Of a stretch of 49,178 nucleotides of DNA, positions 29,106 through 39,710 are shown piece after piece (the first letter of the stretch is position 1; each line of letters opens with the position of its first letter). The notes beneath the pieces are model-generated. The model was not told the DNA's origin. It saw only the letters and a program-made list of their open reading frames with translations, and did no database searches. Source of the stretch: Aulosira sp. ZfuVER01 (lineage in GTDB: Bacteria > Cyanobacteriota > Cyanobacteriia > Cyanobacteriales > Nostocaceae); NCBI GenBank assembly GCA_034530615.2, contig JAVRCV020000081.1, positions 1 through 49,178 of the forward strand. The letters run 5' to 3'. Both the position numbers and the translations under genes were made by a program.

Positions 29106-30542
29106 TTACTCTGCCCACTGTTTCGCCCACGCAAGAGTTTGATGTACGCGATCAAGTGTGGCAGCTTCGCAGTAAAGGCGTAAAACGGGTTCAGTACCGC
29201 TAAAACGTATCATTAACCAGCTTTTGTCAGCTAGGCGGAATTTATAGCCGTCAATAGTTTGGCAATCAATTACAGCTTGTCCAGCAATTTCTGTTAAAGG
29301 TTGGGTTTGCAGTTGTTGTAAAAGACGCGATCGCACTTCCATACTCGCTAAAGGCAAATCGATGCGATCGTATGCTGAATTGAACCCTGTTTGCTGCTGT
29401 AAGTGCTGGTAATATTCACCTAAATCTAAGCCAGACTCAACAATTGCTTCTAGTACGTACAATGCCGATAGCAGTGCGTCCCGTTCGGGAATATGGCTAC
29501 CGTAGCCGATTCCGCCTGACTCTTCACCACCCAGCAATACTTCTGCTGCTAGCATTCTGTCAGCAATGTATTTGTAACCAACAGCTGTCTCAAACACTGG
29601 CAGGTGATGTAATGCTGCTACAAGAGGAATTAAGTCAGATCCACTGACTGTTTTGACTATTTCACCAGTAAAACCACGCCGTAAGGTTAAATGGTCAATT
29701 AATATCGGGATTAAAACTTGCGAACTCAAGAAATTAGCTTGTCCATCAACTGCGGCAATGCGATCGCAGTCTCCATCAAAGACTAACCCGACCGTTAAAT
29801 CGGTCGTATGGGTTTCTCTATGATTTTTTATGACTGTAAATAGCTGCGACAGGTATTTAGGTAAGGGTTCTGGCGCACCACCACCAAATAAGGGGTCGCG
29901 ATCGCTGTTGATTTCGTTGACGCGATCGCCTAATAGTCTTGCCAATCCGCCAGCCGCCGCCCCATGCATCACATCAGCAAAGATAGTCAGTTTGCCAGCA
30001 GCTATGGCATCGCGAATTTTAGCAATATCAACTTTACCTTCTAAGCCTGCTGTATAACTGGGCCAGGGGTCAAATTTCTCTAACTTGCCAGGTGTAGCTG
30101 CCGTTGGTACGCCTTCAGACAACAACGCTTCTATTTCTTTGGTAACTTCTGGCGATACAGAACCCCCAAAATATCCCTTAACTTTTAATCCTAAATATGC
30201 ACCTGGATTATGGCTAGCAGTAATTACCAGTGCGCCCAAAGCATTGAGTTGTTTCGCTGCCCAGCTAAAAGCCGGGGTTGGTGCATAGCTTTCACTGAGT
30301 AGCACATCAAATCCCACAGCAGTGACAGCATCAGCGACAACACGGGCAAAGTCTTCCGCCATAAAACGGCGATCGTAACCGACAACAATTTTCCGACTAC
30401 CTACAATAGAAAAATAAGTATCATATAATACTTTTGCGGCGACTGGGGCAACCAAGGCTAGGCGTTCAAAGGTGAATTCATCACCAATCACACCTCGCCA
30501 GCCGTCTGTACCAAATTTGATGGAGTTCGCTACAACAGGCAT
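29106..30542 (-). CDS. Phosphoglucomutase/phosphomannomutase family protein
   Basis: FGTDGWRG, ITASHNP, FDGDCDR, GGEESGG and RFSGTEP motifs. Confidence 0.95.
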   Translation of the reverse strand: MPVVANSIKFGTDGWRGVIGDEFTFERLALVAPVAAKVLYDTYFSIVGSRKIVVGYDRRFMAEDFARVVADAVTAVGFDVLLSESYAPTPAFSWAAKQLNALGALVITASHNPGAYLGLKVKGYFGGSVSPEVTKEIEALLSEGVPTAATPGKLEKFDPWPSYTAGLEGKVDIAKIRDAIAAGKLTIFADVMHGAAAGGLARLLGDRVNEINSDRDPLFGGGAPEPLPKYLSQLFTVIKNHRETHTTDLTVGLVFDGDCDRIAAVDGQANFLSSQVLIPILIDHLTLRRGFTGEIVKTVSGSDLIPLVAALHHLPVFETAVGYKYIADRMLAAEVLLGGEESGGIGYGSHIPERDALLSALYVLEAIVESGLDLGEYYQHLQQQTGFNSAYDRIDLPLASMEVRSRLLQQLQTQPLTEIAGQAVIDCQTIDGYKFRLADKSWLMIRFSGTEPVLRLYCEAATLDRVHQTLAWAKQWAE

Positions 30543-30782
30543 GGAGATATCCTAAATTTTTACCTGAGGATTCTACCATTTATACAGTAGGCTGTGTAAA
30601 AAAAGAATATAGTGTTATTGGGTATAATTGCTACTCAGCAATTGTGAAATATAGTAGTTTTTAACTGGATGAATTACAGATTCATCGTGCCTCTGCGGTT
30701 CCATGATGCTTGAATGTCTTTATTAAATCCATTTCCAAGCTGCCATCAAATCCAACGTAACCTGTGACATATACAAATATTA

Positions 30783-30818
30783 ATAATCCTTAATAGCAAT
30801 CACTATTAAGGATTTTAT
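30783..30818. terminator. Hairpin downstream of the parR-like gene
   Basis: AATCCTTAATAG-caatca-CTATTAAGGATT inverted repeat. Confidence 0.55.
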
Positions 30819-30854
30819 ATAGGAGCAAAATATGCTCAACACCCTGATGGTTCC

Positions 30855-31349
30855 TTAAAAATCATCGAGAAACTGACTAAGTCGGCTAATCACAGGATCA
30901 ACCTCTTGAGGAGGAGGAGGTGCAGAATAAGTCGTATTATGCACTACTTCTGCTACTGATGTCGCTGGAGTTGAAGACTGAATCACTACTGGTCGTTCAG
31001 CGACCATGATAGCCAAATGAGCAACCTGTTGAGTCAGTTGTAGAATCTGGTGTTCCATTGACTCCAAACGATGAGATTCCTTGGCAAAAAAGCGTTCCTC
31101 AAGGTCAGCCAGTTGATTTTGCAGTTTACCGATTTGTTGTTCAACCGCTTCTGTTGATGCTGTTTGCGGACCAGGTTTCACTGATTCTGGTACACATAAA
31201 GATTGCCATAGAGCTTCTTTGCAGAGGTCACTGAAAGTTTTATCGACTTGTTTCTCTAAATAGCTTTCTACAAGAGCCAACAAGCTTTCATCAGCAACCC
31301 CTGGATTGAACGTGACCGATTTCACTACTTTTTTTGACCATTGGAACAT
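30855..31349 (-). CDS. ParR-like partner of the chromosomal ParM (CorR-like)
   Basis: 5 bp downstream of the ParM gene. RHH-like N-terminal half (KSVTFN..FSDLCKEAL), coiled coil and an amphipathic-looking N-terminus MFQWSKKVV. Confidence 0.75.
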   Translation of the reverse strand: MFQWSKKVVKSVTFNPGVADESLLALVESYLEKQVDKTFSDLCKEALWQSLCVPESVKPGPQTASTEAVEQQIGKLQNQLADLEERFFAKESHRLESMEHQILQLTQQVAHLAIMVAERPVVIQSSTPATSVAEVVHNTTYSAPPPPQEVDPVISRLSQFLDDF

Positions 31350-31354
31350 CAGTT

Positions 31355-32503
31355 TTAAGCCCTAGAAGAGCGAACGGCTGATAATTGCGCCTCTCCATAA
31401 ATATACTGCCCCAAGGCATTAGCTTGTCTGGAAGGTGCAGCTAAATAAGCGTTAATTTTAGCCTCCTTTAGCAGCCGTTGTACATCTTCCCAGAAGAATT
31501 GACCACCCCCTCCGGTGATAATCACATCAGTAACACGTTCTGGCAACCATGCTAGTACGCGACTACAAATTTCTCGAGAAAACATCTCTGTGAGGTTGGG
31601 GAGAAAATCATCTAGATTAGTAGGCTTGCTTGCGCCTTTAGGACGGTAGAATCTGTCGCCCTTGGGTTTATTGACAGCGGAAATCAATGCCAGAGATTGG
31701 CTATCAGCTCCCTCGATTTCAGCGGCTACCAGTTCATAAAACTTATTCATCCCGAAATCTTCACTCTTAGAAGCGCCTCGGGCAAAGCGGAAGTTATCTA
31801 CCATCAAAAGATCGATGGTTTGATGTCCAATATCAACGATCGCAACTGAGATTTTCGTAAAATCAGGCACAGTTGCACCCTTTTGAGGTTGAGCTTCCGA
31901 CCACAGCAAGCTACCGTAGCCTTCTGGCATTACCCAAACCTTACTAACATTTAGAGTTACAGATTCGCCGCGGAAGTTTAAAACATGGGGACCAGTTACC
32001 AAGCTGATCAACTGCGCTTTTTCTTTTTCAAACTGCTCTAAAGACAGGAAAGGCAGACCCAGTACGACAGAGATCTCGTCTTTGAGTTTAAAATAGCCGG
32101 CACAAGCTAATACCTTTACTAGTGCATCCTCTACCTTAGATTGCCCCACTCCCAGATTAGCCCCAAAGTCTGCGGCTAACTGACCGACGGCGTAACCACT
32201 ACCTTGATATTCCAACCACAAATCCATTAAAGGATCGGTAGCCCTAGCTTCAAAAACGCCCCCACGTACCTGTTCTATTGACATTTGCTTGACGTTTGCA
32301 GGTACAAACACCACATTATTTGGTTCGCGGCTGACACAAGTCTTAGTAGAAGTTCTGCCTAAATCAACGCTGAGAATAGCCTTACCAGTAAAGGTACTGG
32401 GCTTAGGAGTAGTAGTAGCATTGATCGGGGTAGACGCTGATACCCTATTCATGGGTATAGCAGCGGCATTTATCGGGGTGGCGGCGGAAGGTTGGTCTGT
32501 CAT
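31355..32503 (-). CDS. ParM/StbA family actin-like ATPase (chromosomal, CorM-like)
   Basis: SVDLGRTSTK (phosphate 1), VMPEGYG, IVDIGHQTID (phosphate 2), IITGGGG and QANALG. Confidence 0.9.
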   Translation of the reverse strand: MTDQPSAATPINAAAIPMNRVSASTPINATTTPKPSTFTGKAILSVDLGRTSTKTCVSREPNNVVFVPANVKQMSIEQVRGGVFEARATDPLMDLWLEYQGSGYAVGQLAADFGANLGVGQSKVEDALVKVLACAGYFKLKDEISVVLGLPFLSLEQFEKEKAQLISLVTGPHVLNFRGESVTLNVSKVWVMPEGYGSLLWSEAQPQKGATVPDFTKISVAIVDIGHQTIDLLMVDNFRFARGASKSEDFGMNKFYELVAAEIEGADSQSLALISAVNKPKGDRFYRPKGASKPTNLDDFLPNLTEMFSREICSRVLAWLPERVTDVIITGGGGQFFWEDVQRLLKEAKINAYLAAPSRQANALGQYIYGEAQLSAVRSSRA

Positions 32504-32714
32504 AAAAGCTCCTAGTCCTAACTTAACTGTAAAAAGTTATCCTGCTCAATCTTACAAAAATGGGAATTACCAGAAATTTCAGGCTGCGTCAAGTGTAGCT
32601 AGAAATACGTAAAAAATTAAGTCAGGCGATCGCGAATCTAGCATTATTGGGGATAGTGTAGGCCAATATGAGGTATATTTAACACCTATTTTGCCGCCAA
32701 AAGCCTTGTGTATA

Positions 32715-33329
32715 TCATTTTCTAGTGCTTTTACGCTTGCGCTTGAACACCCAAACAGCAAATGCCAGAACCAGGCTCCCAAGAACGATTTTTGATACAG
32801 GAGCAAGGTACTTGTCCACAAGTTCATACTGACTACCCAACAAATATCCTGAGTATGTTAGCAAACATACCCAAGCAGCGCTACCCAGCGTAGTGTAAAA
32901 TAGGAAAGGAAGCAAGGGCATATTGCTAATTCCTGCCGGAACGGAAATTAAAGTGCGGATTCCCGGCACTAGGCGGCCAAAAAGTACAGCCTTATTACCT
33001 TTTTTGTTAAACCAGTGCCTTGCTTTGATAATATCTTTACTCGATATAGCAATCCATTTACCATATTTGTCAGCCCAGGCTTGCAACCGTTTTTCGCCCA
33101 AAAACTTTCCTGGGTAGTACCAGATGAGAGCACCCAGTACAGAACCAAAAAGTCCTGCGAAAAACACGCCAAAGATATTTAGTTCTTCTGGGGTTGCCCT
33201 CGCCGTAAATCCTGCCAATGGCATAATTAACTCTGAGGGAATCGGGGGAAAGAGATTCTCTAAAAACATCAACAGAGCAATACCCCAATACCCTAGGGAG
33301 TTGATGGTGTGAACTATCCATTCAAGCAT
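32715..33329 (-). CDS. DedA family membrane protein
   Basis: LENLFPPIPSELIMPLAG and GRLVPGIRTLISVPAG motifs. Confidence 0.93.
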   Translation of the reverse strand: MLEWIVHTINSLGYWGIALLMFLENLFPPIPSELIMPLAGFTARATPEELNIFGVFFAGLFGSVLGALIWYYPGKFLGEKRLQAWADKYGKWIAISSKDIIKARHWFNKKGNKAVLFGRLVPGIRTLISVPAGISNMPLLPFLFYTTLGSAAWVCLLTYSGYLLGSQYELVDKYLAPVSKIVLGSLVLAFAVWVFKRKRKSTRK

Positions 33330-33492
33330 CAGTCAATTCCTTGTAACTGCTATATCAATTTGGTTGCTAAATTTAGCGTTAGCTTTTTTAAAATTTAATT
33401 TTCTGCGCTGACTGGAGCCAAAATAACTTGGTTTGACTAACAGTGCCAATTACACTTAACAAATTAAGTGCAACAGATCTAGGAAGCAGTAG

Positions 33493-33533
33493 AAAAGGCA
33501 AAAATCAAAAATTCTTTTGACTTTTGCCTTTTG
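33493..33533 (-). terminator. Hairpin downstream of the oxidoreductase
   Basis: AAAAGGCAAAAATCAAAA..TTTTGACTTTTGCCTTTT inverted repeat. Confidence 0.55.
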
Positions 33534-33555
33534 ATTTCTATCCTCCCCTACTTAT

Positions 33556-34638
33556 CTAGACCGTTGGGGTTAATGATTGTACTCTTGATTCCGATTGCCA
33601 GTCTAATGGATTCCAAACCCGGTCTTCTAGAGCCATCTGCTCAATTAAACTTGCTAATCTTAGTGCTTTGAGAGCTTGTTCACCACCAACTGAAGGTTGA
33701 TTGCCGCCGTGGACACAGTTGACAAAATGTTCTAACTCTGCGCTTAAAGGTTGAATATTAGTGGTATAGACTTTCTCAATCAATCCGTCCTGTCGATAAA
33801 GTATTTGCCGATGATCGTTTAGAGAATTGGCATTCATTTGTCGATGAATCAAAATCTCATTTTTGAGAAAATCTGCCTCAGTGAATGAATTTTTACAATG
33901 GGCAACAATACGGCGGATTTTTCTATGGGTGACTTTGCTGGCAGTCAAAGTAGCTACAATCCCATTAGCAAATCCTAAGGTGGCAGTTACGTAATCTAAA
34001 TAACCAGAGTCTAGTGCCCGACTGCCGCTAGCAGTCAACTTTACTACCGGGGAGGCAGCTAATTCCAGAAGTAAGTCAATATCGTGGATCATTAAATCCA
34101 GTACGACAGAAACATCATTTGCCCGGTCTGAATAAGGACTCATCCGATGAGCTTCTATCGCTAGCAATTCCTCGGTTTTCAGCACTTTGCTGAGTTCTCG
34201 AAATGCGGGATTGAAGCGCTCAATGTGACCTACTTGGAGAATACACTGAGATTCGGCTGCGGCATTAACTAGGGATTCTGCCTCAGAAATACTGGCGGCA
34301 ATTGGTTTTTCAATTAAAACGTGAATTCCTGCTAATAGACAGTTGATGCCCACGGCATAATGCAGGCGAGTCGGAACAGCAATGCAAACTGCTTCTACAT
34401 GGGGCAGTAAGTCACAATAGTCTTCAAAAAATTTGACCTTGTATTTGCTAGCGGTTTCTAATCCTCGCTCGACGTTAATATCTGAAACACCGACCAGTTC
34501 AACATCTTTCATTGAACTCAAGACTCGGGTATGATGTTGCCCCATGTTACCCACTCCAATTACGCCTATGCGAATTGGTCGTGGTTGGTTGCGCTGTGTA
34601 TATAGATTTGGTTCTGCCACTGACATGCTATCTTGCAC
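33556..34638 (-). CDS. Gfo/Idh/MocA family oxidoreductase
   Basis: GVIGVGNMG, HVLIEKP, VGHIERFNP and DLMIHDID motifs. Likely GTG start at 34638 after GAGGAG. Confidence 0.92.
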   Translation of the reverse strand: MQDSMSVAEPNLYTQRNQPRPIRIGVIGVGNMGQHHTRVLSSMKDVELVGVSDINVERGLETASKYKVKFFEDYCDLLPHVEAVCIAVPTRLHYAVGINCLLAGIHVLIEKPIAASISEAESLVNAAAESQCILQVGHIERFNPAFRELSKVLKTEELLAIEAHRMSPYSDRANDVSVVLDLMIHDIDLLLELAASPVVKLTASGSRALDSGYLDYVTATLGFANGIVATLTASKVTHRKIRRIVAHCKNSFTEADFLKNEILIHRQMNANSLNDHRQILYRQDGLIEKVYTTNIQPLSAELEHFVNCVHGGNQPSVGGEQALKALRLASLIEQMALEDRVWNPLDWQSESRVQSLTPTV

Positions 34639-35242
34639 TATTGTTCTCTCCTCAACCACCAAATTTAGAGACGCCACGGTCGTTGGCCTTTATACTTAAC
34701 TGCCAGTTACGATCCGTCTAAAACCATCCAGATGGTAACATAGAGGTTCTATTTATGAAGAATTTCAAAGTTTGTTATGGGTTCCCGTAATCTGAGTATC
34801 TTTTGTATATTCACTTCGCCCTTGATTAATTTTTTACACTTTACACAAAATCTAATATGTCTTTTTATTAACTTGAAAATCTAAGTAATACCTAAGAGTA
34901 AATTAGCGAGATGCAATTTTAGGTAATTTCTAATTGATAGAATTAGAGGTTTAAAATTTTTTTGTTAGTAAAAATACAAAAAAGTAAAAATGTCATACTG
35001 AGATTTTGTCTGAATCAAGATTTATAAGAATTTACGAATAATGGCCACCACTGATACACTTTAATAATTTTTACATAATTATCCACAATACTTGCAGATT
35101 GTGCCGTGCAATTTTTAGGGCACACTAGTGTGGATATTGACCTTAAACTGTGTAGGGTGTCATAAAAACTGCGATCGCCAACAGGTGTACAAGGCTCTAG
35201 CAATCAGATTTAGCGATTAGAAATCCCAAATTTACAACCACA

Positions 35243-35920
35243 ATGAAAGCTGTAATTCTCTTATCTGGGGGATTAGACTCTTCCACAATTCTGTACCAAG
35301 CCAAAGCTGATGGCTATGAGTGTCACGCCCTTTCCTTTGATTATCGGCAGCGACATCAACGAGAGTTACAGTCTGCCCTGTTGGTGGCGCAAAAAGCTGG
35401 GGTAGTCAAACATCAGGTAGTGAATTTTGACTTACGACAATGGGGTGGTTCAGCACTAACAGACGATCGCATTGATTTACCAGAGGAGCGTTCTTTTGAT
35501 GAAATGTCTCAAAACATTCCTGTAACCTATGTACCAGCCCGAAATACGATCTTTTTGAGTTTTGCCCTTGCCTACTCAGAAGCGATCGCTGCACAACGTG
35601 TCTACATTGGCGTTAATGCCTTGGATTACTCTGGTTATCCTGATTGTCGCCCAGATTATATCCAGGCGATGCAGGAAGTTTTTCGCTTAGGAACCAAACA
35701 AGGACGGGAGGGAGAACCCATTACCATTGCAGCACCCTTGATTAACCTGAAAAAAACCGAAATTATCCAGCTAGGTAATCAACTGGGTGTTCCTTGGGAA
35801 CTCACATGGTCTTGTTATGCCGGTGCTGATATTGCCTGTGGTGTTTGTGATTCTTGCCGTCTCAGGCTAGCAGCTTTTGCAGAATTAGGATTAAATGACC
35901 CCGTTCCCTATGCTCAGTAG
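35243..35920 (+). CDS. queC: 7-cyano-7-deazaguanine synthase
   Basis: LSGGLDS, YVPARNTIFL, DYSGYPDCR and TWSCY..CGVCDSC motifs. Confidence 0.96.
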   Translation: MKAVILLSGGLDSSTILYQAKADGYECHALSFDYRQRHQRELQSALLVAQKAGVVKHQVVNFDLRQWGGSALTDDRIDLPEERSFDEMSQNIPVTYVPARNTIFLSFALAYSEAIAAQRVYIGVNALDYSGYPDCRPDYIQAMQEVFRLGTKQGREGEPITIAAPLINLKKTEIIQLGNQLGVPWELTWSCYAGADIACGVCDSCRLRLAAFAELGLNDPVPYAQ

Positions 35921-35964
35921 AGTAGAGAGATGGAGAGATGAAGGGGGCAAGGGAGACAAGAAAT

Positions 35965-36115
35965 TTTAGATTTTGCGAAAAGTTGCGTGCGGGGGTTCCC
36001 CCCGTTGAGCAAACTTTTCAAGACAGATTTTGGATTTTAGATTGAAATCCAATCCAAAATCGCAAATCCAAAATCCAAAATTGTTTCCAATGCCCTATGC
36101 CCCATGCCCAATACC
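35965..36115. repeat. Cluster of STRR and SDR repeats between convergent genes
   Basis: ATTTTAG/CCAAAAT heptamers, a GGGGGTTCCCCC SDR-like hairpin and CCCATGC heptamers. Confidence 0.6.
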
Positions 36116-36119
36116 TCAA

Positions 36120-37481
36120 TCACTCCGTTCCTATGTCCGCTTGCAGGCGTCGTAGTTGGACTTGGTGCAAACGGGGTCCGATAACTGAAACTACGGTAAA
36201 TTCGAGATTTTCAAACAAGAAAGTTTCACCTTTGGCGGGAAGTTTCTGGAGATGATACAGTAGAAAGCCCCCTAATGTCTGATATTCCTTGGTCAGGGGC
36301 AAATTCAGGTTTAGAACTTCGTTGAGGTCTTCTAAGTTGATTTGCGCTTGTACTAGAAATGTCTGCTCGTCTAACATCTGGATAAGTAAATCTTCAGCGC
36401 TGTCAAGTACACCTGCATCGCCAATGATTTCAGCAATTACATCGTGCAGCGTCACCAAGCCCACAATACCGCCAAATTCATTTACCACCATCACCATTGC
36501 TGGTTTTTCTTGCTGCATCATTGGCAATAGTTCACTCAAGGGGGTATGTTCAGGGACAAAGCGCGCTGGACGCATCCAAGCTTGAATGGGTGATTCTAAA
36601 GTCAGCTTCCCTACAGCCAAAGGTTGCGCCAAATCTTTAAAGTAAACTATGCCGCGAATGTCGTCTAAAGATTCTCCAACGATCGGATAGCGGGAATGAC
36701 CACTAGCAGCCATTTCTTTTAAGAATCTCTGAAAGGTAGCATCTTTGGGCAAAGCGACAATGCTGGTGCGAGGAATCATCACTTCTTGTACCATCACATC
36801 TCCGAATTCAAAGACGTTATTCAACAGTTCTCGCTCTGAAAGCTGTAACCCAGTTGATTCTCGTTCTGTAGAAATAATTAGCTGCAATTCTTCTGGAGTT
36901 ACAGGTGGCCTCCAACCTTGACCTGTGTATTCAATACCGAATAGTCTCAAAAGCCAGCGATTTGATTGGTTAAGAATCCAAATGAAAGGGCTAAAAAAAC
37001 GCACGATCGCTTTTACTGAAGGCCCCAAAAATCTGGCCAGCTGTTCTGAGTACAGCATAGCTACTGATTTGGGACAAAGTTCTCCTAAAACAATTTGCAG
37101 ATAGGCAATCAAAAAAAACGTGATCGGGATCGATAGAGAATGAGCAATAAATAGGCTCATTTGCGGGAGTAAAGGCCAGGATTTTAGCCATGCATCCACT
37201 AAGATGACAATCGAGCTTTCGCCAATCCATCCCAGTGCCAAACTAGAAAGCGTAATGCCTAACTGGGTGGTAGATAGCAGTCGGTCAATACTACGTTGTA
37301 ACATTTCTACAGCGATCGCGGGAATGTCACCAGCTTGGACTAACTGATGGATACGCGATCGCCGCACTGTCACCATTGAAAACTCAGCTGTGACAAAAAA
37401 CGCATTGATAGCAATCAGTAGCAGCACTGATAACAATCGCAGCCCCACATCTGTCCAAATTAAGCTAGGAAAACCAATCAC
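36120..37481 (-). CDS. Hemolysin/CNNM family CBS-domain membrane protein (TlyC-like)
   Basis: NAFFVTAEFS, QLGIT, GELCPK, VMIPRT, HSRYP, VNEFGG and YQTLGGF. Likely GTG start at 37481; the longer ORF extends into repeat DNA. Confidence 0.9.
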   Translation of the reverse strand: MIGFPSLIWTDVGLRLLSVLLLIAINAFFVTAEFSMVTVRRSRIHQLVQAGDIPAIAVEMLQRSIDRLLSTTQLGITLSSLALGWIGESSIVILVDAWLKSWPLLPQMSLFIAHSLSIPITFFLIAYLQIVLGELCPKSVAMLYSEQLARFLGPSVKAIVRFFSPFIWILNQSNRWLLRLFGIEYTGQGWRPPVTPEELQLIISTERESTGLQLSERELLNNVFEFGDVMVQEVMIPRTSIVALPKDATFQRFLKEMAASGHSRYPIVGESLDDIRGIVYFKDLAQPLAVGKLTLESPIQAWMRPARFVPEHTPLSELLPMMQQEKPAMVMVVNEFGGIVGLVTLHDVIAEIIGDAGVLDSAEDLLIQMLDEQTFLVQAQINLEDLNEVLNLNLPLTKEYQTLGGFLLYHLQKLPAKGETFLFENLEFTVVSVIGPRLHQVQLRRLQADIGTE

Positions 37482-37782
37482 CGCTAAAGCTCGTGTACGA
37501 CTTATGCACCCACTCTTGGATTGGCAATTTTGGATTTGGGAATTAGGGATAGTGGTTGCAATTTTTCCCCAGTCCCAGTATTCAACCACGGTAGGCAGTT
37601 GCGTAGCCGTGTTTCTTAACGAGAGCAAACTTTCTGCGGGAGCCTTCGCAGTGCCAACATCTCACGAAAATTTGCACTTCGCAGCGAGTTCTGCTTCACG
37701 GAGGAAGCTGCTCAAACTACTGGCTTTTCTAGATCCAGTTGTAATCTAAAATCTCAAATCCCACATTTCACAATTGCCTCAC

Positions 37783-38484
37783 TTATTTTTCTACAGGAAT
37801 GTTCGACACTTCCAACTTTAATTGTTGAGCAGGATAATCTGTCAGCGCCAGAGAAACCTTTTTGACATCATCAAGTAGAGCTGTGGGAATACTCACTGTA
37901 CCAGAAAAAGTTGGGCCATTAGCTGGTAATTCTGCTGGTAAACCCTCTGTACTAGCACTGAGAGTTCGTCCTTTGTCATCGGTGACATCCAAAAAACTAT
38001 AAAGGAAGCGCACAGAATCAGCGCCTTTATTCTGCATTTTCACTTTCAGCAGTAAATCTCCACCCGAATAGCGAGCAGATTGCACAGAAAAAGTCACCCC
38101 TTTATTCTCAGCGGTAACGGGAAATCCTTTTTGGAGTTTTTCCTCAGTCACTTCTGTGGGCTTTTCCTCAGGCTTCTGCTTGCTACTGTTGGTATCCTCA
38201 TCATCTTCATCTAGCTTTTCGGATTTAGCGGCTTTGGTCTTACCCTCAATTCGTGCCTTGACAATTTTGAGGATTTCTTCTTCTCTTAATAGCGCTAAGT
38301 TTCCTGGTTGTGAGTTAGAGGACTTACTGCTGGTAAATTTGCTTGTGGGACGGCCATCTGGTGTTGTTACACCTTTAAGTGCTGAACTCCCTAAAGTGAA
38401 CCCCCAAAATGCGCTGACAGATCCTGCTCCCAACATTAGGGTTAACAAAATTAACGTAAGAAGTACAGTGGAATTTAATTTCAT
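37783..38484 (-). CDS. Hypothetical membrane-anchored protein with beta-sandwich C-terminal domain
   Basis: N-terminal hydrophobic helix, charged linker and alternating beta pattern (VRFLYSFLDVTDD). Confidence 0.75.
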   Translation of the reverse strand: MKLNSTVLLTLILLTLMLGAGSVSAFWGFTLGSSALKGVTTPDGRPTSKFTSSKSSNSQPGNLALLREEEILKIVKARIEGKTKAAKSEKLDEDDEDTNSSKQKPEEKPTEVTEEKLQKGFPVTAENKGVTFSVQSARYSGGDLLLKVKMQNKGADSVRFLYSFLDVTDDKGRTLSASTEGLPAELPANGPTFSGTVSIPTALLDDVKKVSLALTDYPAQQLKLEVSNIPVEK

Positions 38485-38842
38485 CGCTCTTCAGCTATTG
38501 CAAAATAAGGCTAGTTTATTTAAACGTATTCAGGCTATTGAATGTGCCAATTTTAAATTTTAGATTGCCGATTTGAGATTTTTTGGTTTATGCCTCACCC
38601 AACTGTAGGTGAAACAAATCCCAAATCAGCGCATCTGCGCATTTTCAACTTTCCATCCATTTATCGGTGGAGTCAAGACAAAATCCACAATCCAAAATCT
38701 AAAATTTGTTCACCTCAATGCTTATAAGAACTTAATCAATATTAGTCTGCACTATCTCATAATCAAATTATGTAGTAAAAAATCTGGTAAACTATCTTCG
38801 AGGGTACACGAGCTAGTAAAATCAAGCTACAATAAAATTCGA

Positions 38843-38915
38843 CCAGGGTTGGCCGAGCGGTTGAGGCAGCGAACTCATAATTCGCCCAAGGCAGGTTCAA
38901 CTCCTGCACCCTGGA
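38843..38915 (+). tRNA. tRNA with CAT anticodon, probably tRNA-Ile2 (lysidine type)
   Basis: Acceptor CCAGGGT/ACCCTGG, D-arm GCCG..AGGC, anticodon arm GCGAA-CTCATAA-TTCGC and T-arm GCAGG-TTCAACT-CCTGC. No encoded CCA. Confidence 0.93.
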
Positions 38916-39155
38916 TTAAACAAGTATTGAGTTTTGAGCAGCTAGTTACATAGTGTGAGCATAGAAGCACCGAGGGCGACTTCTTCTAAAGTACTGGTCT
39001 TGCTGAGTCATGATTTACTAAAAATTCTGCTCTGAGTTGGTCTAAACAATCCTAGAAAAATTTTTAGTGACTGTGTATCAGAAACCGCTACGCTCTCATG
39101 TCTAGGTTTTATCTTAATCTCATCGAAAAAGTACTAAGTCCTAAGTGAAAACGTC

Positions 39156-39180
39156 ACTCAGTACTCAGTACTCAGTACTC
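39156..39180. repeat. STRR (ACTCAGT)n
   Basis: CACTCAGTACTCAGTACTCAGTACTC. Confidence 0.7.
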
Positions 39181-39195
39181 TTACCGGGGTGAATT

Positions 39196-39615
39196 TTAAA
39201 AGCGGAACTCAGTACCCACTTTCATCTGTTCAGCATTAACGCGGGGAGACATCAATAGTGATGTGCCGTATGGATTAGGTAAATCTGGGGTGCGAAGATA
39301 CGGATCGTTGGTAGCTTGCTGAGTCAGCATATCCCGATAAACACCATTTACCAACTCACCATCCCGGGCAATTTCATTTTCAGGAAAAGAATTTGAAAAC
39401 GAGCCAGCTCCGAGAAAAGAGTCTAGCTGACGTTTCATACTGCGATTTTCATAGAAATTTGGATCGTGTCGAAAAAAAGCACGCTCCATAGAATCATTGG
39501 GCGATTCATAATTAGGTGTTGCTGTTTCGGCGTTGCTTACAGAGGGAAAAGCAATACTAGTAGCTAGCAATACCCCAAAAACACTTAGGGTTTTAAGGTT
39601 TATACCCATATTCAT
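39196..39615 (-). CDS. Secreted hypothetical protein
   Basis: Signal peptide ending SVSNA, with FPENEI.RD and DPYLRTPDLPNPY motifs. The start may be 39609. Confidence 0.75.
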   Translation of the reverse strand: MNMGINLKTLSVFGVLLATSIAFPSVSNAETATPNYESPNDSMERAFFRHDPNFYENRSMKRQLDSFLGAGSFSNSFPENEIARDGELVNGVYRDMLTQQATNDPYLRTPDLPNPYGTSLLMSPRVNAEQMKVGTEFRF

Positions 39616-39710
39616 TACTCCTCAACTTTTGGGCGAATCTTAATTTATGCTTAAATTCAGAACCCCGATCGGTTCAACCTTTGGTGTAGCACAATTTTTA
39701 ACGTCTTGTA

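Noticed and set aside
32504..32714. parC centromere upstream of parM
   Set aside because: No iterated direct repeats are visible.
37482..37749. N-terminal extension of the hemolysin ORF and ORF 37390-37749
   Set aside because: These frames cross STRR/SDR-like repeat DNA, and a better start exists at 37481.
38609..38953. 114-aa ORF
   Set aside because: It runs through STRR repeats and the tRNA gene, so it is spurious.
38916..39195. Integrative element at the tRNA 3' end
   Set aside because: No integrase and no duplicated tRNA 3' end were seen.
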